Under the pieces are notes generated by a model. The model did no database searches. It was not told where the DNA came from and worked only from the letters and a program-made list of their open reading frames with translations. 64,000 nt of DNA from Octopus vulgaris (Eukaryota), in the NCBI GenBank assembly GCA_951406725.2, contig OX597822.1, forward strand, positions 82,398,001 to 82,462,000, written 5' to 3'. The translations under genes were made by a program, and so were the position numbers. Below, in pieces: positions 50,411 through 63,903 of this stretch (position 1 is its first letter; each line of letters starts with the position of its first letter).

Positions 50411-51669
50411 TTATGTTGGCAACTAAGTTCTCGCTGTGTTTTTAAATTTAAATTTTTTAAAAGGTTTAATAAAAAATAACAACTAATTAATCAATAATGT
50501 ATTCACCCTTGTTGTTTACAATTTCTTCCCAATGTTCAACAAGATTTTCAATACGCCGTTGGTAGAAATCACCTAATTTCAACTCAAAAAATTGATCCAA
50601 CCAAGCTCTCAATTCTGCATCAGTATTGAACAAAACTCTGTGCATAGCATTTGAAAGAGATCGAAAGAGGTGGAAATTCGTTGGTGCCAAATCAGGAGAG
50701 TATGGCGGGTATGGCAGCACTTCCCAGCCATTCGTTTGAATGGCTTCCTTGGTCATATTGGTGATATGAGGGTGGCCATTGTCATGCAGCAGAACTCTAT
50801 GCTACTGATTAGGTCTTTTCTCTTGAATAGCCATGTTGAGTCGTTCCATCTGTTGAACGTAGAGTTACATGTTGACTGTTTGGTTCTGTTCAAGCAATTC
50901 GTAATGGATAATCCCTTCCCAGTCCCACCATACGCACAACGTCGTTTTACATGAATGAAGATCTTGTTTTACACACAGTGTCGCTTGTTTACCGGAGCTA
51001 AGCCATTCCTTACGCTGCTTCATATTGATAAACATGCACCATGTTTTGTTGCCAGTAATGATTCAGTAAAGAGATCCATGAGTTGAGTGGTGATGAGCAA
51101 GCAGACCAGCGGAGATTGTGGCTCATTGATTTTTGTTGTTATCACTTAAAGCATGCGGAACCAATGCTCCATACTTCTGAACCTTTCCCATCGAGTGAAG
51201 ATGCTTCTCTATAGCAGTGTGGAGCATTCCATTTTCTCTGCATTTTTGATGAGAATTTATGCAAAAGTTGGTTTAATCGCTCTTCATCGAACTCAACTGG
51301 ATGACCAGAATGAGGTGCATCTTTGAGGTCAAAATTTTCATTTTTGAACTTGGCATACTAATTACAAGTGGTTCTTTCAGCTATTGCACCCTATCCATAC
51401 ACAGCACAAATGTCACGAGCAGCTTTTGTGGCCTTAGAACCTTGATTAAAAGCAAAAAGAAGGTGTCGAAAATGTTTGTTTATCTCAACTTGACATTCCA
51501 TTTTAATGATCTGAAAATAAACAAAAATTAACTAAAATTAACTAGAAAAAAATACAAAATAGATTCCAAAATGATTCAAAAATAGAATTCTCGAAAAAAA
51601 TAGATTCCAAAATTTAAAAACAACAAATTCCAAAATTGAAAAGAATTGGGAACTTAGTTGCCAACCCAA
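50411..51669 (-). mobile_element. full-length mariner transposon (mellifera-subfamily-like), dead
   Basis: TA-flanked TIRs ttatgttggcaactaagttc / gaacttagttgccaacccaa; 1259 bp. Confidence 0.92.
50487..51501 (-). pseudogene. mariner DD34D transposase pseudogene
   Basis: MECQVEINKHFRHLLFAFNQGSKATKAARDICAVYG*...LVPHAL...ITGNKTW...LLHDNGHP...WEVLPYPPYSPDLAPTNFHLFRSL...NKGEYIID; stops, frameshifts, first and third catalytic Asp replaced by Asn. Confidence 0.92.
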
Positions 51670-52048
51670 TAATTAACAATTCATACAGAATATAAACAAA
51701 ATTGATTCATTGTGTCGAAGTACATTATGTGACAGTAAATATTTATTGTGCAAAAACATTTATTGTATATTTTTCATATCTGTATTTGTTCATGTCTTTT
51801 ATTAAACCAGTCATTGGAACAAGTGTAAAAGCAAGTATTGACAACACTTATAATAATAATAATGTATTACATTGTATTAAAATCGGTTTCATTCAAAACC
51901 TGTTTGATTACTCTACAATCTGAACATGAAACTTACAGTAGCTCACGTGTAAATCCTGTGTTTATTAAATGATACTTATCTCTCACTAGATACAGTATTT
52001 TTTTTTTGTTGATCACACCAACAATGGAATACTACACTATCTGTATGC

Positions 52049-52104
<56 letters not shown>

Positions 52105-52301
52105 GTTTGACAGGAGGTGTGTATTCCAATGGTGAAGAATCATCATTATTATTATTATATCATATTGTATAACAGTCATTATTAGTTTAATGTAAACTGA
52201 TATTAATTTATTACATCACAAGTAACTAAATGCAAATTATAAAAGCAGGAAAAAGTGAAGCAGAAACAGATTGCAGGGAAAGACTCGCCATCAACATTAT
52301 G

Positions 52302-52335
<34 letters not shown>

Positions 52336-52347
52336 ATATATATATAA

Positions 52348-52444
<97 letters not shown>

Positions 52445-53100
52445 TATAAATAAATATACACACCCACACATTCTTAAACCTTTCAGAGAATAACCCTTTT
52501 TTTTTTTTTTTCGTTTTTCTGTACCTTGTAACATAGCAACAAATTGATTTTTCTGAGAAAGAATCAAAAGAAAAAATAAACAACATTTACAATAATGAGA
52601 GAGGAGGAAGATGAGGGGAAAATAAAGAAAATAGAGGAGGAGGTGTTACAGATTAAGAAAAGAAGAATTTATTCCAAGAGCTGGAAGCATTTCTTCTCTT
52701 ATTATCACCACAGCTAACCTTATTCTGGATTCTACCTTCTTATACAAAAGACATCCAGTCTAACCACTAATTGCTTCAGTTTTCCTCTTACAGGTTTTTT
52801 TTTTTTCTGTTTCCATTGTTTTCTGTTTTTCTTTATTTATTTTTCATCTGTTTTTATTTAATTCATCAAATATGTCTTTTATGTTTAGTCTTACAGTTTA
52901 TTTCTTCATTCTACATTTAGAACAACTAATTAAATATATGAATAAACAATATGTGAAGCATTCTGCTAGTTGTTGTAGCTGTTTAACCCCAGATCAATGC
53001 TCATCAAGCAGACAGACCTATGAGCAAAAGTATTTCAGCCTTGACCAGCCAACCTTTTTGGTACATGTTAGACTACATTATCTGATGTGTTCTCACTAAA

Positions 53101-53985
53101 ACCGACTTCTTAGTTGTCTCCCTGGATCTAGACTTAAACACTTGAAAGCCCTACCATAGCTGTCTTCTTACCCACCTATCTTTAAAAACCTTATATCTAA
53201 CATTAGTAATAGGACTGCCAGCCTCTCTTCCTCTACAGAAACTTTAAATAAGGCAGTTCCCTACTATAATAGCACTCTGGGTGATAGTAGCTCTAAAGAG
53301 GAGATATAATACACTCAGACCTAAATATAAGCCAAACCCATAAGTAGACCTAGGAAAATCAAATGGTTCACTCCCGTTTTTCCTTGAATATTAGGACTGA
53401 TGAGAGTAAAAAATTTCTAGCCCTGATAGATAAACATTTTTCTGATAAGAAAATCTTCAATAAACATTCCATGAAAGTTTCCCACACCTGCAACCTTAAT
53501 ATGGAAAAAGATCATTTCCTGTAACCCAATCAACCATGCTCACTCCACACTGCAACTTCAGGAACCCAGATACATGCCTTTGGACCAAACATGCATCGTT
53601 AGCTGAGTTGTCAATGAATCTGATGTCACCTTGATTTCACCAAATAAAGGAGTGAAAAGAAAAACAATTTATACTGCTCTGTGTGAAAGTGTATTAAAAA
53701 AAGAGATACACCAGTCTTCTTTCAAGCATGTAGACAAAATGAAAAGCACAAGCTAAGCAAGCCATATCTGGAACCTGAAGGATAGTAATATACTGGAAAG
53801 CATTAAGTGGAGCATCAGAGAGAGACCTGGATCATATATTAATGGGTCGAAAAGTAGAGGTTTGACATAGTCAAAAAAACATACAGACTCATTAAAGAAT
53901 TGCACCAAACTTCTAAACTTGATATTTAAAGTCTTTACTAGATGTATGCATCTCCACAAGTTTTTGTTATCAAATTTCAAATTGG
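53101..53985 (+). mobile_element. Penelope-like retroelement remnant (end of RT, thumb, GIY-YIG endonuclease)
   Basis: Collinear fragments TDFLVVSLDL..KPYH; IFKNLISNISNRTASLSS..NKAVPYYNSTL; RPRKIKWFTP; KKFLALIDKHF; KIFNKHSMKVSHTCNLNM; CNFRNPDTC; IYTALCESVLKKRY; QSSFKH..STS*ASHIWNLKD..IKWSI; RCMHLHKFLL. Confidence 0.85.
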
Positions 53986-54734
53986 TTGATGCTTGCCTCA
54001 CTGGATTAGATAATAGGTTATGAGTTAACCCTTAATTATTATGTCTCTAATATGTACATTGTATGTAAGTTTCAATTAATGTTGAATGTAATCAAGATTG
54101 TGGAGAGGTTATGTAAAATATCTGTAACTTAATATATTGGTATTTTGGTGGGTGACCATCTGGAACATCAGACAATCGTTCGTATTATAATGAGATTTTA
54201 ATTAAGATTTAAATTGAAATATGAACACTTTTAGTGTAAGTGGCTAAATGTAGATTGGTATTAGAAGGGTTAAGGGAGATTGTGGTGTTATTTCCAGCAG
54301 GTTATGCAGCTATAGAGATTCCCCACTGTTGTCTGATATTTGTGGTATTTACTGCTAGAGTCTGCCTGCAACAGTTCCACTTCAGTTGACCAATTTCTAC
54401 AAACATTTGTTTCTCAATTAATAAATGTGTTATTAAGATAATATCTACATTTAAGTGTAGTAACTATTTATTTCTTTATAAGAGTGTGTGTGTGTGTGTA
54501 TAAGTACATATGTGTGTATATAGGTGTGTGTATGTGTGTGTACTCACAGAGACAGACAGAGAGATGGGTGCTAGATGAAGGCAAGCTGTGAGCATATAAT
54601 CAACATTAACCAAAAAAGAGGGGAAAAGAAAAGGAAGTTAAAATAACAAACTTTAAAACAATGTCCCTTTGAGAGGAGGAAAAAGAAAATCAGATTTATT
54701 TCATGTTTTTACATTGCTATTCTATTTGCACTTC

Positions 54735-54736
54735 AT

Positions 54737-54801
<65 letters not shown>

Positions 54802-55348
54802 TGTGCACTCAGATTTCACATATGCATGTGTGTGCATACACGTACATGCACACACACACACACATGCATGCACACATACACTCACACACATGCATGTGCA
54901 CATTCACACACACTCTCTCATGCACACACAGACTCACACACACACAGACTCACATACATTCACACACACACGCACACATGCATATGCACACACTCTCTCA
55001 CACACACACACTCACACACATGCACGCACACTCTCTCTCACACACACACACACACACTCTCACACACACACTCTCTCACACTCACACACTCACTCACACA
55101 CACTCTCAAACACACACTCACACACCCTCTCACACACACACACATACACACACACACATACACACACACATGTATATGTACATTCTTGCGTCAATATATT
55201 TTGTTTTTTCTTCCTTTCTTAATCCCACAGAATAACATATTATGTCAACACTTGTTGCTGAGAAAATTGTGTTTGTTAACTCTGGCTTCCCTTATGTAGA
55301 CATATAGACAGACAAGCTCATACACACACACGCACAGTATACACAACA

Positions 55349-55425
<77 letters not shown>

Positions 55426-55491
55426 TTATGTATGTATATACATACACTGATTCATATCTCTGTCTTTCTTTCTCTCTTACTCAGTGACACA

Positions 55492-55530
<39 letters not shown>

Positions 55531-55920
55531 GTGCAGTTACATACATACATATGCAAACAACTTCCTTTCTCTGCAATCCCTTTCTTGTCTCTGTCTTCCT
55601 CTCCCTCTCCCTTCCGCTCTCTCTCTCTCTCTCTCTTTTTCCATATCTCTACCTCCTCTCTTTTACTTTTCTCTCCCCTCTCTCACACCTTTTTTTCCTT
55701 CTCCCTCTCCCTGTCTCTTTCCCTCCTCCCCTCACTTTCCCATATACTAACACAAACTCACACATACCATCATATACATACAGTCTGATATATACAACAA
55801 GACTCTCTCCCCCTCTCCCTTTCTCTCTCTCTCTCTGATTTTCATTGATAAACACAAATTCACTAATACCTTTATAAAGTTACATACACTACCATACAAG
55901 CTACAGTCTTCCCTTCACCC

Positions 55921-55998
<78 letters not shown>

Positions 55999-56436
55999 GT
56001 CTGTCTGTCTGTCTGTCTATCTATCCGTCTATCTATCCATCTTTCTATCCATCCATCCATCCATCCATCCATCTATCTGTCTGTCTGTCTATCTATCTGT
56101 CAAACTGTCTATCTATCTGTCGGTCTGTCTGTCTGTTTGTCAGCCTATCTATGTCTGTCTATCTATCTGTCTGTCTGCCTATCTGTCTATCTTTGTCTAT
56201 CTATCTATCTATCTAATCTATCCATCTCTCTATCCATCTATCCATCCATCCATCTATCTATCTGTCTGTCTATCGAACTGTCTGTCTGTCTATATCTCTA
56301 TCTATATGTCTGTCTATCTGTCTGTCTGTCTATCTATCTATCTGTCTATCTGTCTCTGTCTGTCTATCTATCTCTACCATTCTTTATGTTTGTATCTGCT
56401 TCTCTGCACACACAAACACACAGATGCACACACACA

Positions 56437-56507
<71 letters not shown>

Positions 56508-56520
56508 ACACACACACTCA
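54735..56520. repeat. microsatellite block: (CA)n, CT-rich, (TA)n, (CTAT)n/(CTGT)n/(CCAT)n
   Basis: Directly visible. Confidence 0.9.
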
Positions 56521-56887
56521 CTGCCTAATAAATGATTCACTTAGTTTATGGTGGAGGCGCCAGTGCTGGGTGTCACAATATGCAACCTATTCACCCCGGA
56601 ATTGGCATCAAATTCCATTAAGAAAAATTTCAAAATTAAAAACAAAGCAAATAATTCTCAAATGTATTCAGGACATTAGCTTCATGTTATCTTCCATCAG
56701 TTTTCCCCCTGACACATGACACACACACACACAAATGTGTGTGTGTGTATGTATATTGACACAAACATATATATACATATATATACATACACATGCACAC
56801 ATATATATATATATATACATACCTATATATGCATACATGCATATGTAATATACATACATGTATATATATATATTATGTATATACATG

Positions 56888-56921
<34 letters not shown>

Positions 56922-56924
<3 letters not shown>

Positions 56925-57075
56925 TGCAGGAGTGGCCTTGCTTATCAACCACATTGTTACGGGTTCAGTCCCACTGTGTGGAACCTTGGGCAAGTGTCTT
57001 CTACTATAGTCTAGGGCCAACCAAAGCCTTGTGAGTGGATTTGATGGACAGAAACTGGAAGAAGCCTGTCGTGTG

Positions 57076-57111
<36 letters not shown>

Positions 57112-57320
57112 TGTATGTATGTATGTTTGTTTGTCCCCACCCCATCATTTTATAACCAATGTTGGTGTTCTTATGTCATCGTAACTTAGCAGTTCAGCAA
57201 AAGAGGCCAATAGAATAAGTACTAGACTTACAAAGAATATGTCCTGGGGTCAATTTGTTCGACTAAAAGGCAGTGCTCCAGCCTGGCCACAGTCAAATGA
57301 CTGAAACAAGTAAAAGAATA
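56922..57320 (+). mobile_element. SINE family A, near full length
   Basis: ggtgcaggagtggc head through gactgaaacaagtaaaagaata tail. Confidence 0.9.
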
Positions 57321-57336
57321 AAACAATATATATGAT

Positions 57337-57648
57337 GACAAATAAAAAGAATGGTGTAAGCAAATCCTTTAACTACTTTACAATTGTTTCATCTTAGTTC
57401 ATACAATCAATCTTGCAACCTTATGCAATAATTCATGCAACTACTGGTTACTGTTTATTTCTGTATGCAATTCTGAAGAATCATATTCAGCATGTGTTAT
57501 GAAGGTTACTCTGAGTAGCACATAAGAAACATTCAATAGTTGCATGAATTATTGCACAATGTTTCAAAATTGATTGTATGAACTAAGATGAAACAATCGT
57601 AAATTCAAATAGTAAAATGATTTGCTGACTCCATTCTTTTTATATGTC
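57337..57648. mobile_element. fold-back element (arms about 110 bp) carrying a hammerhead-like motif
   Basis: Arms about 57337-57444 / 57536-57648, e.g. gtttcatcttagttcatacaatcaat vs attgattgtatgaactaagatgaaac. Confidence 0.75.
57469..57605 (+). ncRNA. type I hammerhead-like motif with long stem II insert
   Basis: AAUU-CUGAAGA-AUC...(about 100 nt)...GAU-GAAA-CAAUC-GUA-AAUU: intact core, 4-bp stem I, 3-bp stem II base, near-palindromic stem III. Confidence 0.55.
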
Positions 57649-57809
57649 CAACCCATGTCAGCATTGAGAATGGACGTTAAATGATGATGACAAAATCTCT
57701 ATGGATATTTGTGGATTTTCAGTCATTTGTTCAGTAGAACAAATGATCTTCCCTTTACAATTTTATCTGATAATCAATATTCATGGTTGAGCTTAATAGA
57801 GTATATGCC

Positions 57810-58065
57810 AGTGCTGCCTGACATGTAAAAAGCACCATTTGAGTGTGGTCGATGCCAGTACCACCTGACTGGCCCCCATACCGGTGACACATAAAAGGCA
57901 CCCACTACACTCTCGGAGTGATTGACATTAGGAAGAGCATCCAGCTGTAGAAACCTTGCCAGAACAGACTGAAGCCTGGTGCAGCCTCATGGCTTGCCAG
58001 TCCTCAGTAAAACTGTCCGACCCATGCCAGCATGGAAAGCTGATGTTAAACGAGGATGATGATAT
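57810..58065 (+). mobile_element. family E element
   Basis: cccactacactctcggagtg...catccagctgtagaaaccttgccaga...cccatgccagcatggaaagc..gttaaacga plus GAT tail. Confidence 0.8.
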
Positions 58066-58639
58066 ATATATATATATATATATATATACATTTACATGCT
58101 CAGTATAAGTGATAGTTGGCTGTAATCTTTACAGACAGCAAGAATTTACTAGATAAGTTATTGCATCAAATATTTGAGAAAGAACTAATGTCAAGAATAG
58201 GATCCAAGTTTGAAATCAAAAATATCATAGCTCTGCATGTAAGGTTATACTGTATTAGTAATGCGGTGTATGATTAATGACGGCAGTCCTTTATATTTTA
58301 ATTTCATCTAGATAAAACAGATTGGATATCATGAATCTTCTTTCAAACTATAACTGCTTGTATGTTAAGCAATTGAATTATATTTATATATATATATATG
58401 GGAATGAATAAAAGCTCTCAAACAGAAAGTATATATTCTTCTTTATCTTCTGAAAGATTTAAAATATTTTAGAGTACACAGCTATTTATGGAAACAGTTA
58501 AGATCAGAATTCCTTGGTGGGGAGAGAAAAATTTGAAAGCCATATCTTGTATGCTTTGAGTGTACAAAACGGAGCTGGTTTGAATGTTTGTATAGTTTCA
58601 GAAAACAAACTAATTTCCATTTGATATTATAGTCTACCT

Positions 58640-59010
58640 GCAAGTTGGCAGAGCCATTAGCATGTCAGGCAAAATGCTCAGTGTCATTTTGTCTGTCTTT
58701 ACATTCTGAGCTCAAATTCCACCGAGGTCAACATTGTCTTTCATTCTTTTGAGGCCATTAAAATAAGTACCACTGGGATCAATGTAATTGACTTAACCCT
58801 TCCCTTAAAATTGCAGGCCTTGTGCCAAAATTTGAAACCAGTATTGTAGTTCATGTTAAGGTGATGAGCTGGCAGAATCGTTAGCATGCTGGGCAAAATG
58901 TTTTGCAGCATTTTGCCCGCTTCTACTTAGCCTTTCAGGGTTGATAAAATAAAGACCAGCTGAGCACTGGGGGGCACAAAATCGACTTAACCCCTCCCCT
59001 AAAATAGCTT
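58640..59010 (+). mobile_element. two tandem SINE-B copies
   Basis: gttggcagagccattagc... at about 58640 and gagctggcagaatcgttagc... at about 58866. Confidence 0.75.
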
Positions 59011-59459
59011 ACCTTTTATATTTTTAAAGCCCATATATAACTGGACAAGCTACTGGTGTTAGTACTTTATAGTCCCTATAATTGCATATATTTTATTCTG
59101 AACAAAATTGCATTTGAATACGATATATGATATTGACTTTGTGCCTACATTCACAAGGGCCAATCAGGTGGTTCTGGCAACGACCATGTCCAAAAGGTGT
59201 TTTTTATGCACTACTTGCATGGGAGCCAGTCTGGTGGCACTGGCAATGACCATGTTCGAATGCTGTTTTTCCTGTGCCAGTAAAGCGATGCTGCCAATAT
59301 GCAACAAAACATACATATTTGCACATACACTGACTCCAAGTACTTGGACATATGCATGCTAACATGTTGAAATTCCAATAGAAGGGCCTTGAATCTAGGT
59401 TAGAAACCAGCTCCTGCTCCACTGGCTAAAAATCTAGAAATATAATTTAGATAATATAC

Positions 59460-59700
59460 ATGCATCCATCAATTCATCTATCTGTCCATCCATTCATCCA
59501 TCCATCCATCCATCCACCCATCCATCTGTCCATCCATCCATCCATCCATCCATCCATCTGTCCATCCGTCCATCCATGTATCCATCCATCTGTCCATCCA
59601 TCCATCCATCTGTCCATCCACCCACCATCCATCTGTCCATCCGTCCATCCATCTGTCCATCCATCCACCCATCCCTCCATCCATCTGTCCATCCATGCAT
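59460..59700. repeat. (CCAT)n-type tetranucleotide repeat
   Basis: Directly visible; source of the MDGW and HPSI ORFs. Confidence 0.95.
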
Positions 59701-61477
59701 TCATCATCATCATCATCATCATCATCATCGTTTAATGGAGAACGGACGTTAAACGATGATGATGATGATGATGATGATGATACATACATACACGGGTTTA
59801 AACCAAATTTCATTTTGAAAAAGTGACATTTTCAAACCTTCAGCTGTTCATACAAACATCCAAAGAGCAGTTTCGCCCTTGCCCCAACCTTGACCCTCCT
59901 GTACTCTGTCTCTCATCAAAATAATTCACCCAGAAATATATGAAGGATAGGTCTTAAGTGTAAGTAAATGAATGAATTCATGAATGAATGAATTAATGAA
60001 TGAGTTGATGAAGGAAGGTGATAATTATAAAGTATGGTGTTAGGTAGGAGACAGAAATGCAGGGAAACAATGTAGTCAGTGTATTTCTGAGAATGTTTAT
60101 ATTTGTATGTATTCATGTATGTGTACATGCCTACATGATTGTAAATGTTTGAGTATACTTGTGCGTATGTTTATGTGTATACACTAGAATATGTATGTTT
60201 GTGTCTGTCTATGTACATGTATCAGAGTGCATGCGTGTGTGTGTGTGTGTATATACTTGCATGTGATTGTGTATATTTGTTTCTGCATACTATTGTATGT
60301 TTGTGTTAAATTGTGTTTGTGTGAATATATGCATGTGTGTGTTTGTATGTGAGTATGTATGTGTGCGTGTTTGTGTGTGAGTATGTATGTGTGTGTGTTT
60401 GTGTGAGTATGTATGTGTGTGTTTGTGTGTGAGTATGTATGTGTGTGTTTGTATGTGAGGTTGTATGTGTGTGTGTTTGTGTGTGTGAGTATGTATGTAT
60501 TTGTGTGTTTGTGTGTGTATGTGTATATGTGTTTGTGTGTGTATATATATATGTGTGTGTGCATGCTTAGTGCATTCACATCATTCATGTTTATGTATTT
60601 GTCAGCCAGAGAAAGGATTAATTGCCTTCCCACTCACATCAGATAATCATTGATGTTCTTTGTTTCTCCCCCCACCACCACCACCACCATCCTCTGAACC
60701 ATTTCCACAGAAAACATAATACAAGACTGTTTAACCACTTGTATCCTCTTAAAAACAAACTCCAATAGTGCTACCTTTCATTCCTTCTTCCTTTCTTTCT
60801 CTATTTCTTTTCATTAATTAAAAAATATTTTTCTGTATTTCTTTCTTTGTGCATTGTCCCTCTTTCATGTCTCATCAATTAAATCAACATTTTCCAAGCT
60901 ATGAGATTTATTTAGCAATTATTTCAAAGCAATAATAGTAATTAGAATCTTTAGTGTATTGGTCATTATTCCAGCTCTTTACATTCTGAGTTCAAATCCT
61001 GCTGAGTTCAACATTGTGTTTTGTCCTTCCAGGGTCAATAGAATAAACAACCAGACAATTACTGTAGCCCATGATATCAACTAATAGTCTTCTTTTGAAA
61101 TTACTGCTAATCTGCTTAAACTGAAAATTATCGTCATTGTTGCTGCTGCCACCTCTATTATTGTTGTTAGGTTTGATGGATTGACAAAATTCACTTCTGT
61201 GTTTTGGCCTTGCAGTATTTATTCTGACTCTTTGTGTTCTGAGTTCAATTCCTGCTGAGGTCAACTTTGTCTTTCTTTCTACCAGGATTGATAAAATATA
61301 GCACCAGTCCCCACTCACGTACTTGGGTCAATTAAATCACTTATCCCCTACCTCACAAATTCCTGGCTTAGTACCTTATGTTACAAGCAATTATTAAGGT
61401 GCAATGGATTGTAAGGATTGGCAGAGCATCGAACATAATGTCTTTTGACGTTTCTTTTAACTTTTTATATTCTTTAC

Positions 61478-61662
61478 CAGTGATTCTCAACTATTTCAAT
61501 ATCCAAACCAAGCCCTGGCTGTTTTTAGGGGACCACACTAAAAGAAGTAACACTGAAGTCAACTGAAGAAGAATTTATATTTATAAAGGGAAGACCATTA
61601 AGGACCAGCAGAAGGATGTTTGAGGGCTGCATGTGGCCCAGGAGCCAAAGTTGAGAACTCTG
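61478..61662. mobile_element. hAT (Charlie-like) MITE inserted in a SINE B
   Basis: TIRs cagtgattctcaac / gttgagaactctg; flanks ttctttac / ttctaaat resemble a degenerate 8-bp NTCTAGAN TSD; the SINE-B sequence resumes afterwards. Confidence 0.65.
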
Positions 61663-61929
61663 TTCTAAATTCAAATCTTACCAAGATCTGTTTATCTTTC
61701 ATTCCTCCAGGGTCAATAGAATAAAGTACCACTCGAATACCGAGGTCAATGTAATTACCTTACCTCTCTTCACAAATTTCTGACTTTGTCTCTAAGTTAG
61801 AACTCATGCCTGTTGTTGTTGTTGTTGTGGTGGTGGTGGTAGTGGTGGTTGTTAACCTTCTTAAGGCTGTGGAGTTACTGTAAGAGTTGAATGTCAGTTG
61901 GTGATGTAAGCCCTCTGGACATTATTGCC

Positions 61930-62172
61930 TCAAGTCCCAGGACTCATAGGATCAGTTACTCAGTTTTCCTGGCAATATAAGTGAGCAAAATCACAATGTT
62001 CCCCCTGGATGGGATGCTAGTCCATACCAGAGTTACCCATTTACAGCTGAGTGGAATAGAACAGTGTAAAATGAAGTGTTTTACTCAAGAACACACTGCA
62101 TGGCCAGTCAGGGAATCAAAACTACAATCGTGCAATCATGAATGCAATTCTCCCACCACTAGGTGGCACACC
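61930..62172 (-). mobile_element. SINE family C
   Basis: Homologous to 26325-26562 (cccaggactcat...tcccc...tttacagctgagtgga...tcaagaacac). Confidence 0.7.
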
Positions 62173-62538
62173 CATAACTATTGGCATGGCTATTTCAAAA
62201 TTGCCAAATATGGTTAGTCTTCAATTTTGCCAGTTATTTTGACATTGAGGTGTGATGAGATCACCTGCTTATAATTTGAAAACTCTCAACAATGAAAAAC
62301 TAGCAACAATAGATTACATTGTTTTTAAAATAGATTTGTAGATTTTTAAAATAGATTTGTAGCTGTGCACTTGGTTACCTATTTTGTTAGCTATGGTGCA
62401 TTAAGATTCATTAGGCCTCACTGAAAATTAAGCAGAATTAGCAGCCTTGATTAGAAGGGTAGATTAACTCAGGAGATTAAGATGAGAGAGTAACAGAGAG
62501 GATATCAATAGAGTATGTGTGTACAATGTGAATGGGTG

Positions 62539-62700
62539 GAGGCATGGCTGTGTGGTAAGAAGTTTGCGTGTCAACCTCATGGCTCTGGGTTCCGTCCCAC
62601 TGCGTGGTACCTTACGAAAGTGTCTTCTTCTATAGCCGCAGGCCGGCCAATGCCTTGTCAGTAGATTTGGTTGATGGAAACTAAAAGAATCTCACCATAT
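62539..62700 (+). mobile_element. SINE family A, 5' part
   Basis: ggaggcatggctgtgtggtaagaagtttgc...gggttccgtcccactgcgtgg. Confidence 0.85.
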
Positions 62701-62793
62701 ATGTATGTGTGTATGTGTGTGTTTGTGTGTGTGTGAGTCCTTAACCATCACATGACAAGCAGTGTTATCTATCAGTCTGTGTGTGTATGTACA

Positions 62794-62835
<42 letters not shown>

Positions 62836-63137
62836 ACATGACAGCTAACAATGCAATTATAATAACTTCAAACACCTAAGTGCAAATATATACATTCAGA
62901 AGCCAAGATACGTTTGATTTCATTCATTATGGATGTTTATTCAACCAACAAAACATTTCTCTACAGGAAAATTCACTCCGTAAAAAATCGTATTCTCGGT
63001 TTTCAACTGTGTATGATGGATTACTTTTAGCTTATCTATTTATTCTCTCCTGTCCCTCTTCTCATTCCCCATGGAGCCCAATGAGACATTAATTTAATAA
63101 TCACTACCAGGTTTATGTATTCTCCTTGCTTTGAATA

Positions 63138-63201
<64 letters not shown>

Positions 63202-63325
63202 ACACATGTGCACTCTTGTATCAACAGACAGCACAAGACTCCTGTTGTTATCTATCTACCTACCTACCTATCTATTTATCTATCTATCTATCTATCTATC
63301 CATCTATCAGTCTATCTACTCATTG

Positions 63326-63448
<123 letters not shown>

Positions 63449-63737
63449 AATATATAAAGTAAAAATATGAAATATGTATTTGTGTATACATACATTTATT
63501 TACACAAGCATGCACACATACACACACATATGACACAAACATACACATATGTATAGAGATCTATTAGTGTTTATACATGTATATGAAATATATGTAGGAG
63601 CATGTGAATGTGTGTGTTTGCGAGAGTGGATACATATTCTATTATTTTATCATTTATTTATGTTTACTTAAGTAATTGTATGTACGTTGTTATGTAAAGG
63701 CATACATACATACATACATACATACATACATACATAC

Positions 63738-63801
<64 letters not shown>

Positions 63802-63867
63802 GTATCTGGGGAGAATCATATTGCCTTAATATATTTAATACACTTACTGGTTCAATTTCCACTCAAA

Positions 63868-63903
<36 letters not shown>

